Shown here: positions 25,512-32,000 of the stretch, one piece after another | Layout of the letters: each line of letters opens with the position of its first letter | Position numbering within the stretch: position 1 is the stretch's first letter | From: Mycolicibacterium smegmatis | GTDB lineage: Bacteria; Actinomycetota; Actinomycetes; Mycobacteriales; Mycobacteriaceae | Direction: 5' to 3' | Assembly (NCBI RefSeq): GCF_001457595.1 | Contig: NZ_LN831039.1 | Coordinates: 570,001-602,000 of the forward strand | DNA: 32,000 nt | Translations under genes and position numbers: made by a program | Notes under the pieces: model-generated | Databases searched by the model: none | What the model was told of the DNA's origin: nothing | What the model saw: the letters and a program-made list of their open reading frames with translations, nothing else

Positions 25512-26135
25512 GTGTACCTACCCCCGAAGTTCGCGCTGAGCCCTGAGCGCGTCGACGCTGTCCTGGCCGAAGCGGGCTTTGCCCAGCTCGTCAGCCACAC
25601 CACAGCGGGTCTGGTGGTGACGCCGCTGCCATTGCTCTACGACGCCGAGCGGCACGCGCTGCTGGGTCATGTCGCGAGGGCCAACGACCACTGGCGTGCG
25701 GCCGGGGCCGAATCGGTGGCGATCTTCACCGGACCGCAGGCCTACGTGTCACCCAGCTTCTATCCCACCAAGGCCGAGACCGGCAAGGTGGTGCCGACGT
25801 GGAACTACGAGGTGCTCAACGTCTACGGCACCCTCCGCGTCCACGACGACCCGGACTGGTTGCTCGATCTGGTCACCAAGCTGACCGACCGGCACGAGGC
25901 CGGGCGCGACCGGCCATGGCGGGTTGCCGATGCGCCGACGTCCTACACCCGAGCTCAACTCAACGGCATCGTCGGTGTCGAACTGCCCGTCGAGCGCGTC
26001 GAGGCGAAGGCGAAGATGTCGCAGAACCAACCTGCCCGTAACCGTGCCGGTGTGATCGCAGGACTCGCGGCGTCGCAATCCGCACTCGACGCCGAGGTTT
26101 CCGAACGCGTCGCCGCGTTCGATCCTGACCATTGA
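25512..26135 (+). CDS. PaiB-family FMN-binding negative transcriptional regulator
   Basis: Family-typical N-terminus (M)YLPPKFA, then PTWNY and KMSQNQP motifs. GGAG at 25500-25503 lies 8 nt before GTG 25512. GTG 25503 is the alternative start. Confidence 0.85.
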   Translation: MYLPPKFALSPERVDAVLAEAGFAQLVSHTTAGLVVTPLPLLYDAERHALLGHVARANDHWRAAGAESVAIFTGPQAYVSPSFYPTKAETGKVVPTWNYEVLNVYGTLRVHDDPDWLLDLVTKLTDRHEAGRDRPWRVADAPTSYTRAQLNGIVGVELPVERVEAKAKMSQNQPARNRAGVIAGLAASQSALDAEVSERVAAFDPDH

Positions 26136-26210
26136 CGATCGGTCCGCTCACCAGGTGTTACATCGTCCGACTCGCCACGCGATCACGACGACAGCTGTAA
26201 CGTAACGGTT

Positions 26211-26570
26211 GTGGCAGCCTCGATGTGTGCCGTCTGCGGCACCTGGTTCACCGGGAGAGCGGACGCGGTGTACTGCTCGTCGGCGTGCAGACAGAAGGCG
26301 CACCGGGCTCGCATCGCTCATCGCGTCGCCGCGGTGAGCAGCAAGCGCAGCGACACCGATCGTGATGAGGTCAGGCGGCGTCCCGTCGCGATCCGGTCCG
26401 ACATCGCGCAGTCGATCGCACGGGCGCGCGAGCAGGTGGCCGTGTCCCGCAGGCTGTGCCGCGACAGCGCAGAACGGTTGCAGCGGCTCGAAGACCTTCA
26501 ACGCGAACTCGCCGAGCCTCGGGAGGTGTGGGCAACAACGCCGATGTCGTATGCGAAGTGGGCGCGATGA
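26211..26570 (+). CDS. Hypothetical Zn-ribbon protein with a charged helical tail
   Basis: CAVCGTWF...YCSSACRQKAHRAR four-Cys motif. GC3 is roughly 80% by my count. The stop overlaps the ATG of the PAS-ANTAR gene (ATGA at 26567-26570). The start is uncertain (GTG 26211 or ATG 26223). Confidence 0.55.
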   Translation: MAASMCAVCGTWFTGRADAVYCSSACRQKAHRARIAHRVAAVSSKRSDTDRDEVRRRPVAIRSDIAQSIARAREQVAVSRRLCRDSAERLQRLEDLQRELAEPREVWATTPMSYAKWAR

Positions 26571-27271
26571 CCGCCGCACCCGAGAACGACAACACTGCGG
26601 CCGCCGTACAGGCACTGACCGGCGGCACACCTCAACAGATGGGCTGGTTCCGCTTCTACTTCGCCGATCAACACTGGGAATGGTCCGCCGAGGTGCAGCG
26701 CATGCACGGCTACGAGCCGGGCACCGTCACGCCGACAACGGAACTCGTTCTGTCACACAAGCATCCCGACGACCGTGACCAGGTGGCCGCCGACATCAAC
26801 GACATGATGACCGGGCGGCGGGCCTTCGGCAGGAGACACCGGATCATCGACACCAGCGGTACGGTGCGTCAGGTGATCGTCGTCAGCGATCAACTCCACG
26901 GCCTCGACGGCGACGTGATCGGCATCCGCGGCTTCTACATCGACGTGACGCCGCCCAGAAGCCGGCAGGAAGACGCGGTCATCACCGCCGAGGTTGCCAA
27001 GATCACCGAGCGGCGTGCGGTGATCGAACAGGTCAAAGGCATGCTGATGCTGATCTACGGCATCGATGAGGACGCGGCCTTCGACCTGCTGAAGTGGCTG
27101 TCGCAGGAGAACAACGTCAAGTTGCGCGTCCTGGCCGAGCAGGTGGCGAAGGATTTCACCGCGCTCGGGGACACCGGTGTGCTGTCGCGGTCGAAGTTCG
27201 ACCAGCTTCTGTTGACCGCCGCGCGACGTGCCGTCAGTTCCGACGACGATTCGATGTCGACGTCGGCGTAG
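26567..27271 (+). CDS. PAS-domain / ANTAR-domain RNA-binding regulator
   Basis: N-terminal PAS-like fold (WFRFYFADQHWEWSAEVQRMHGY ... HPDDRD ... RHRIIDTSGTVRQV). C-terminal ANTAR motif (RAVIEQVKGMLMLIYGIDEDAAFDLLKWLSQENNVKLRVLAEQVA). Confidence 0.85.
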   Translation: MTAAPENDNTAAAVQALTGGTPQQMGWFRFYFADQHWEWSAEVQRMHGYEPGTVTPTTELVLSHKHPDDRDQVAADINDMMTGRRAFGRRHRIIDTSGTVRQVIVVSDQLHGLDGDVIGIRGFYIDVTPPRSRQEDAVITAEVAKITERRAVIEQVKGMLMLIYGIDEDAAFDLLKWLSQENNVKLRVLAEQVAKDFTALGDTGVLSRSKFDQLLLTAARRAVSSDDDSMSTSA

Positions 27272-27286
27272 TTGTCACGCCGTTTA

Positions 27287-27823
27287 CTAGGTGCTCGAAA
27301 GATGCTGTGCGTCAGTTGTATTCGGCGTGTCGTGGGCGACCTGGGTGCGCAGCCCGGGGTGGTCGAGCTGGTACACCGGTTCGTGCCTCACCCGGTCGCG
27401 CAGTGGGGTGAGTGCTGCATGGGCGGGCATGCGGTCAGAGACCAGCGCGGCCGCGGCGGCCGAGATCAGGGTCTGGCCTCCACGAGCGATATCGCGCAGG
27501 CGCGCGGCGCCGTCCGAGTCGACCGAGTCGGTGTGCTCGACGGTGTGCACTCCGATGCACAACGCGAAGGGTTCCAGCGGGGCAAGCTGCAGATCCAGTG
27601 CGCACGTCACGGCATCGGAGGCACGGTCGAACGCGACCACGAAGCTGTCTGAGGCATCGACCTGCACCACGCCCTCATTGAGTGCGGTCAGATGAGACAT
27701 CGATGCGCGCAACCAGGGGATCGCCGCGATGGTTTGATCAAGCTCGGATTGCCACAGTTCTTCGGCTCGATCGACGCGCGCCATGAGCAACGTCTTGGTT
27801 CCGGTTGACAGCTTCTCGGTCAC
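27287..27823 (-). CDS. Stand-alone, apparently degenerate class III nucleotide cyclase homology domain protein
   Basis: By eye it aligns to the cyclase-like N-domains of large actinobacterial CHD-ATPase-LuxR regulators. TLLMARVDRAEELW corresponds to TLLFTDIEGSTRLW. Also present are SDSFVVAF, CIGVHT, LRDIARGGQTLIS and PVYQLDHPGLR. The ORF stops about 20 aa after the domain. Confidence 0.6.
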   Translation of the reverse strand: MTEKLSTGTKTLLMARVDRAEELWQSELDQTIAAIPWLRASMSHLTALNEGVVQVDASDSFVVAFDRASDAVTCALDLQLAPLEPFALCIGVHTVEHTDSVDSDGAARLRDIARGGQTLISAAAAALVSDRMPAHAALTPLRDRVRHEPVYQLDHPGLRTQVAHDTPNTTDAQHLSST

Positions 27824-28077
27824 ACATCGCTCCAGTCAGTGTCGTACGATCCATCGGTTCAGAACGCACGCTGCAGATATCAGCGTAACCACCTGTTTCT
27901 GGGTGTGCCGCCGATGATTCACCTGGTAGCCGATCCGTCAAGCGCCGTGAGAAATAGTCCGTTGCTGAGGTCGCGGTTTCGCGAACATGGCGGGTTGAAC
28001 GCGCATCAGCCGGCGAGGAGTTGATTAGCTGGTTCACTATGCCCGTCGTAGCTCGAGATTCATGTTGGGACGGGGAA

Positions 28078-28596
28078 TCAGCCGGGAGGCAGAGGATCGA
28101 GGCGATGCACACCTCCAGTGGACGGCTGATCTTCGCGCCACTGGTACCGAACTGTCCGATGAGTGCCGTCTGCGCAGGCATTGCAACTACCGGGAATCTT
28201 GTACCTGAGAGACACGGTGTCGTCACGGGTGCCGGAAGCATCGAACGACGTGAAACCCCGAGGAGTCGGCGTCGCCGGGCCCACACATGCACCACGATGG
28301 AACAGCATTGCCACACTCGGCGAACTACCCGTCGCGCGGTCGATCGGCGCGATGACAACGGATAGCGTCGCGCAGGGGTCGAAGTTGCCTTCGAACGAGC
28401 CGGGGTCCCGACTCCACTCGGCGTCCGGAAACGGAGACGGTTGCGCGGCGAGGGCCGACTGAATCACCGGCGACGCAAGGTCTACACCGCAGCTGTCCTG
28501 CGGAGTCGCATGCGCTGGACTCGGAAAACCCAAACTGGCCAGTGCGAGAACCGCACTGGCGCCAGAAATCAAATAGCGGAAGGAGTTTGTCGGCAT
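28078..28596 (-). CDS. Secreted LppP/LprE-family-like protein
   Basis: Signal peptide ending PAHA followed by TPQD, with no lipobox Cys. The core FDPCATLSVVIAPIDRATGSSPSVAMLFHRGACVGPAT resembles the LppP/LprE family pattern from memory. Confidence 0.7.
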   Translation of the reverse strand: MPTNSFRYLISGASAVLALASLGFPSPAHATPQDSCGVDLASPVIQSALAAQPSPFPDAEWSRDPGSFEGNFDPCATLSVVIAPIDRATGSSPSVAMLFHRGACVGPATPTPRGFTSFDASGTRDDTVSLRYKIPGSCNACADGTHRTVRYQWREDQPSTGGVHRLDPLPPG

Positions 28597-28631
28597 GTCA
28601 CTTGAACATAAGCCATACCGAAGGCAACCGC

Positions 28632-28979
28632 CTATCGCAGCTGGCGCGCAGAAAGGCCAGGAACCAGTTCTTCGAGCATCAGATCAGCTACCGGGCTGTC
28701 GGTCAGGGGTTTGAGGACCACCCCGTCGGCGATACCGAGGCGTTGCACGTCAGCGATTAGTCCGGCTAGCCCGCGCGGAGTGCCGACATAGCGAAGCCCG
28801 CCGCGCTTCGGCGCATTCTCGAGCGCGTCGAACGCGGACCGCGTGTCGCGGTCGATCAGCACTTCGATGTCGAGCAATATCGGAATGGTCGGGCTTGCGG
28901 CCCGGTGCCGTGCGCTGCGGCGCTGAGCATCCATCAGGTCGGTCGCGGTGATTCGAAATCCATCAGCTACGTCGTTCAC
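28632..28979 (-). CDS. Small protein resembling only the C-terminal segment of NtaA/DszA-type LLM monooxygenases
   Basis: YVGTPRGLAGLIADVQRLGIADGVVLKP...LMLEELVPGL looks like the C-terminal end of LLM enzymes. A strong RBS AAGGAG lies 5 nt before GTG 28979. The track ORF's upstream extension overlaps the preceding gene. Confidence 0.5.
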   Translation of the reverse strand: MNDVADGFRITATDLMDAQRRSARHRAASPTIPILLDIEVLIDRDTRSAFDALENAPKRGGLRYVGTPRGLAGLIADVQRLGIADGVVLKPLTDSPVADLMLEELVPGLSARQLR

Positions 28980-28998
28980 GATGACTCCTTGTCGGAAT

Positions 28999-30042
28999 TC
29001 ATTGGAACGCTGGAACGACCTCTTTGATGAAGATTTCCAGCGACTTTCGCTTCTCGTCGTGCGGCAGGCTGTTGTCGCACCAGAAGCTGAACTCATCGAC
29101 ACCTAGTTCGGCGTAGAACCGCAGCCGCTCGATGACTTCCTCAGGCGTACCGATCATTGCCGTGCGGTGCAACGATTCGAGTTCGAATTCGGGACGCTCG
29201 GAGAACTTGGATTCCGGACTGGGAGCCAGGAATCCGTCCACCGGAGTGGTCTTGTTGCCGAACCAGGCATCGAACGTGCGGTAGAACTTCGATATCGCCG
29301 CCGCGGCCGGACGCCATCCATCGGGATCTTCGGGCGCATGAATATGAGTGTGACGCAACACCATCAGCTTCGGACGAGGTACCTCGGGGTGGTTCCCGAC
29401 CGCAGTATCGAATTTGCGCTTGAGATCGACCACCTCTGTGTCGCCCTTCATCAAGGGCGTGACCATCACGTTGCAGCCCTCGGTGACAGCGAAATCGTGA
29501 GAATCGGGATCGCGCGCGGCGATCCACATCGGCGGCGTCGGTTGCTGAATCGGTTTCGGCACACTCGTTGCCGTGGGGAACTGCCAGATCTCGCCATCGT
29601 GGGCATAGTCGCCCTGCCAGAGTTTGCGTACTGCGGGCACCAGCTCACGCAGGTGCTTGCCGCCGTCGGTGGCCGACAGGCCAGGAGCCATCCGGTCGAA
29701 CTCGATCTGGTACGCACCACGTGCCAGCCCGACCTCCATGCGACCGTTGCTGATCACGTCGAGCAGCGCACACTCACCGGCAGCGCGGATCGGATTCCAG
29801 AACGGTGCAATGATGGTGCCTGCGCCGAGACGGATCGTGGTGGTTCGCGCGGCCAGGTAGGCCAGCAACGGCATCGGGCTTGGTGAGATCGTGTACTCCA
29901 TGGCATGGTGCTCGCCGATCCACACCGTCGAAAAGCCGCCTGCTTCTGCCATCAGTGCCAGTTCGGTGAGATTCTCGAACAGTTGCCGGTGAGTGACCGA
30001 CTTGTCCCAGCGTTCCATGTGGGCGAACAACGAAAACTTCAT
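28999..30042 (-). CDS. Luciferase-like (LLM) flavin-dependent monooxygenase/oxidoreductase
   Basis: MKFSLF...GFSTVWIGEHH ... TIRLGAGTIIAPFWNPIR ... GRMEVGLARG ... MIGTPEEVIERL, full-length TIM-barrel LLM pattern. The ATG overlaps the tautomerase stop (ATGA). Confidence 0.88.
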   Translation of the reverse strand: MKFSLFAHMERWDKSVTHRQLFENLTELALMAEAGGFSTVWIGEHHAMEYTISPSPMPLLAYLAARTTTIRLGAGTIIAPFWNPIRAAGECALLDVISNGRMEVGLARGAYQIEFDRMAPGLSATDGGKHLRELVPAVRKLWQGDYAHDGEIWQFPTATSVPKPIQQPTPPMWIAARDPDSHDFAVTEGCNVMVTPLMKGDTEVVDLKRKFDTAVGNHPEVPRPKLMVLRHTHIHAPEDPDGWRPAAAAISKFYRTFDAWFGNKTTPVDGFLAPSPESKFSERPEFELESLHRTAMIGTPEEVIERLRFYAELGVDEFSFWCDNSLPHDEKRKSLEIFIKEVVPAFQ

Positions 30043-30239
30043 GACTGCTGGTCCTTCATCTCCGCGATGGTGACATCACCGGTGGTCCAATGGGTTTGGG
30101 GAACTTCGTGGACGATGACACGAATATGCTGCGGATGGGTGTCCACCGTTCTCAGCACCGCTGCGTGTACTTCGTGCATCATGGCGCGGATCTGATCAGG
30201 TGAACGACCCGCGGCAAGAGTGACCTGGATTAGTGGCAT
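30039..30239 (-). CDS. 4-oxalocrotonate tautomerase family protein
   Basis: 66 aa starting MPLIQVTL, with the catalytic Pro-1 after Met removal, and the typical beta-alpha-beta length. The start lies 1 nt after the ALDH stop. Confidence 0.85.
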   Translation of the reverse strand: MPLIQVTLAAGRSPDQIRAMMHEVHAAVLRTVDTHPQHIRVIVHEVPQTHWTTGDVTIAEMKDQQS

Positions 30240-30240
30240 C

Positions 30241-31728
30241 TCAGCTCCGCATCACGAACGGGTCGGGGACTGGGCCCTCGTCGGTGTTGATCCACACGCT
30301 CTTCAGGCGCGTGTATTCCTTGATGGTCTCGGTGCCGTGCTCGACTCCTACCCCGCTGCTCTTGAACCCCTGTCGCGGCGACATCGGCGACATCGCACGG
30401 TAGGTGTTGACCCAAACGGTCCCGGCGTCCAGGTGTGCGGCCATTCGGTGCGCACGAGCGAGATTCGACGTCCACACGCCGGCGGCGAGTCCGTACCGGG
30501 TGTCGTTGGCCAGCGCCACCACTTCGTCCTCGGTGTCGAACGGCATGATCGCGGCGACCGGGCCAAAGATTTCTTCGCGGACGACTTGCATCTGGTTGTG
30601 AACGTCGATGAGCACCGTGGGTTCGTAAAAGAAGCCACCGAGACCGGCGTCGGTGGCCTTGCCGCCGGTGAGCACACGTGCGCCCTCGGAACGGCCGAGG
30701 TCGACGTAGGACGCCACCTTGTTTCGCTGGTCTTCGAAGGCGAGCGGCCCGAGTTCGGTGTCATCGAGCAGCGGGTCTCCCATGCGGATGCTGCCGGCGC
30801 GGTCCGCGACACGTTCGAGCAGTTCGTCATAGATCGCCCGCTGGGCGAACACACGGCTACCTGCTATGCAGGTCTGGCCCGCCGCGGCGAAGATACCCGC
30901 CACCACACCGGTGGCGGCGTTGGCGACGTTGGCGTCGTCGAACACGATGTTGGGCGATTTGCCGCCGAGCTCCAGTGTGGATCCGATGAACCGGCCTGCC
31001 GCGGCCGAGGCGATGCTGGCTCCGGTCGCGGTGCTGCCTGTGAACGAGATCTTCGCCAGCACAGGGTGATCCACGAGCGCCTGGCCGGCCTCCGCACCGA
31101 AGCCGGTGACCACGTTCACCGCCCCGGGGGGAAAGCCTGCTTCGATCACGAGTTCTGCGAGGGTCAGCACGGTTGCCGAGGTGTGCTCAGATGGCTTGAC
31201 CACGACAGTGTTTCCTGCACACAACGCCGGTGCCAGCTTGCTGGTGGTGAGCGTCAACGGCGAATTCCACGGGGTGATGGCGCCGACCACGCCCAGCGGC
31301 TCACGCATCGTGTAGTTGAGCACCCGCCGATCCGAGGTCGGGATGACATCACCCTGGATCTTGTCGGCAAGACCGGCGTAATAGTAGTAATACTCGGGCA
31401 GAGTGGCGAGTTGGCCCCGCATCTCGCGCAGCAGCTTGCCGTTGTCGAGAGATTCGGAACGGGCGAGTTCCTCGGCGTGCTCTCCGACGAGGTCGCCGAG
31501 ACGACGTAGCAGACGGCCCCGCTTGGTCTGGCTGAGGTCACGCCACCGAGGGTCGTTGAATGCCGCGGCGGCCGCGGTGACCGCAGCGTCCACGTCGGCG
31601 GCGTTGCCGCGAGCGGCCCGGTAGAGCACCTCACGGGTGGCAGGGTTGGTGCTCTCGAAATGCTCGCCTGACGACGGCGCGACGGGCTTGCCGTCGATGA
31701 AGTGCTGCAAAGTGCGCAGATCAGACAT
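30241..31728 (-). CDS. NAD(P)-dependent aldehyde dehydrogenase
   Basis: VVKPSEHT, catalytic Glu in ELGGKSPNIVF, catalytic Cys in AGQTCIAGSRVF, and PFGGFK-like GFKSSGVG near the C-terminus. Confidence 0.93.
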   Translation of the reverse strand: MSDLRTLQHFIDGKPVAPSSGEHFESTNPATREVLYRAARGNAADVDAAVTAAAAAFNDPRWRDLSQTKRGRLLRRLGDLVGEHAEELARSESLDNGKLLREMRGQLATLPEYYYYYAGLADKIQGDVIPTSDRRVLNYTMREPLGVVGAITPWNSPLTLTTSKLAPALCAGNTVVVKPSEHTSATVLTLAELVIEAGFPPGAVNVVTGFGAEAGQALVDHPVLAKISFTGSTATGASIASAAAGRFIGSTLELGGKSPNIVFDDANVANAATGVVAGIFAAAGQTCIAGSRVFAQRAIYDELLERVADRAGSIRMGDPLLDDTELGPLAFEDQRNKVASYVDLGRSEGARVLTGGKATDAGLGGFFYEPTVLIDVHNQMQVVREEIFGPVAAIMPFDTEDEVVALANDTRYGLAAGVWTSNLARAHRMAAHLDAGTVWVNTYRAMSPMSPRQGFKSSGVGVEHGTETIKEYTRLKSVWINTDEGPVPDPFVMRS

Positions 31729-32000
31729 GGATGTCGCCTCCTATGACTGTGCCGAGGAATGCGGTGATGGTGTCGGCTAGTTCACGTGGACACTGAACCG
31801 GAAGCATGTGGCGCGCACCGGGAATGATGTGCATGCGGCAGTGTGGTATCGCCGTGGCGAGCCGCCGCGACATCTCCGGTGTCGAGCCGGGATCGTCCGA
31901 ACCGGTTACCGCCAGGGCGGGAACGGTTATGCGTTCGAGAAGTGGTGCGATCTCGGCATCGGCGGTGGCGAACACCCGATAGCAGTTCAGGAAGCTGTCC
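31721..32000 (-). CDS. Alpha/beta-hydrolase (enol-lactonase / meta-cleavage hydrolase-like), C-terminal part (5' end outside the window)
   Basis: The frame stays open to the window edge. VPALAVTGSDDPGSTPEM ... IPGARHMLPVQCP carries the Asp and His loops of the catalytic triad. The stop overlaps the ALDH start by 8 nt. Confidence 0.75.
   Translation of the reverse strand, partial: DSFLNCYRVFATADAEIAPLLERITVPALAVTGSDDPGSTPEMSRRLATAIPHCRMHIIPGARHMLPVQCPRELADTITAFLGTVIGGDIHV

Noticed and set aside
26211-27271. Toxin-antitoxin interpretation of the overlapping small-ORF / PAS-ANTAR pair.
   Set aside because: The second gene is a clear PAS-ANTAR regulator and not a known toxin fold. The first lacks antitoxin-type HTH, RHH or AbrB motifs.
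27868-27886. Hairpin ACGCTG-cagatat-CAGCGT, together with a second small stem at about 27969-27986, as a dual-stem ANTAR target RNA.
   Set aside because: The loops are 7 and 4 nt, not the paired hexaloops with conserved A/G positions. The spacing is about 80 nt, which does not fit the ANTAR-target architecture.
1-32000. Search for rRNA, tRNA, CRISPR arrays, transposases, integrases and long terminal inverted repeats.
   Set aside because: None were seen. There are no tRNA-like T-arm or anticodon-arm patterns in intergenic regions, no spaced direct-repeat arrays, and no ORF with DDE, tyrosine-recombinase or serine-recombinase motifs.

Overview
This is a high-GC actinobacterial chromosome segment. 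Hand counts on single 60-nt rows give about 68% GC at 14041-14100. They fall to roughly 47-62% between about 27.8 and 30.7 kb. The gene at 6611-7258 encodes an MspA-family porin. Its mature sequence matches my memory of Mycolicibacterium smegmatis MspA except at ...SGPAGG..., which is MspB-like, so the window is M. smegmatis or a very close relative.

I support 36 protein-coding genes, two of them cut by the window edges. I saw no rRNA, tRNA, CRISPR array, transposase or integrase.

Gene content in order:
- a GH4 glycosidase with a CUT1-type sugar ABC transporter, preceded by a DMT transporter
- mspB
- an uncharacterised alpha/beta-domain plus multi-TM protein
- an SDR followed by an MmyB-like regulator
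- a GMC oxidoreductase / SDR / LLM oxidoreductase cluster
- a PknK-like kinase-NTPase-TPR giant
- SDR, acyl-CoA dehydrogenase and TetR
- a signal-less phage-type amidase
- a GntR-MFS pair
- DJ-1/PfpI, a small membrane protein and an OhrR-type MarR
- a Crp paralogue divergent from PaiB
- a Zn-ribbon ORF translationally coupled to a PAS-ANTAR protein
- a stand-alone degenerate cyclase-homology domain
- an LppP/LprE-like secreted protein
- a lower-GC operon: hydrolase, aldehyde dehydrogenase, 4-OT tautomerase, LLM monooxygenase, small LLM-C-terminal-like ORF

I do not see a canonical defence or mobile system. The most interesting items are:
- the Zn-ribbon/PAS-ANTAR pair together with the pseudo-cyclase next to crp
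- an 18-bp palindrome core shared upstream of two oxidoreductase genes
- the unassigned alpha/beta plus TM protein
- a high-GC3 36-codon ORF upstream of mspB
- several palindromic operators that overlap -10 elements of apparently leaderless regulator genes

All family calls come from reading the translations. No searches were run.
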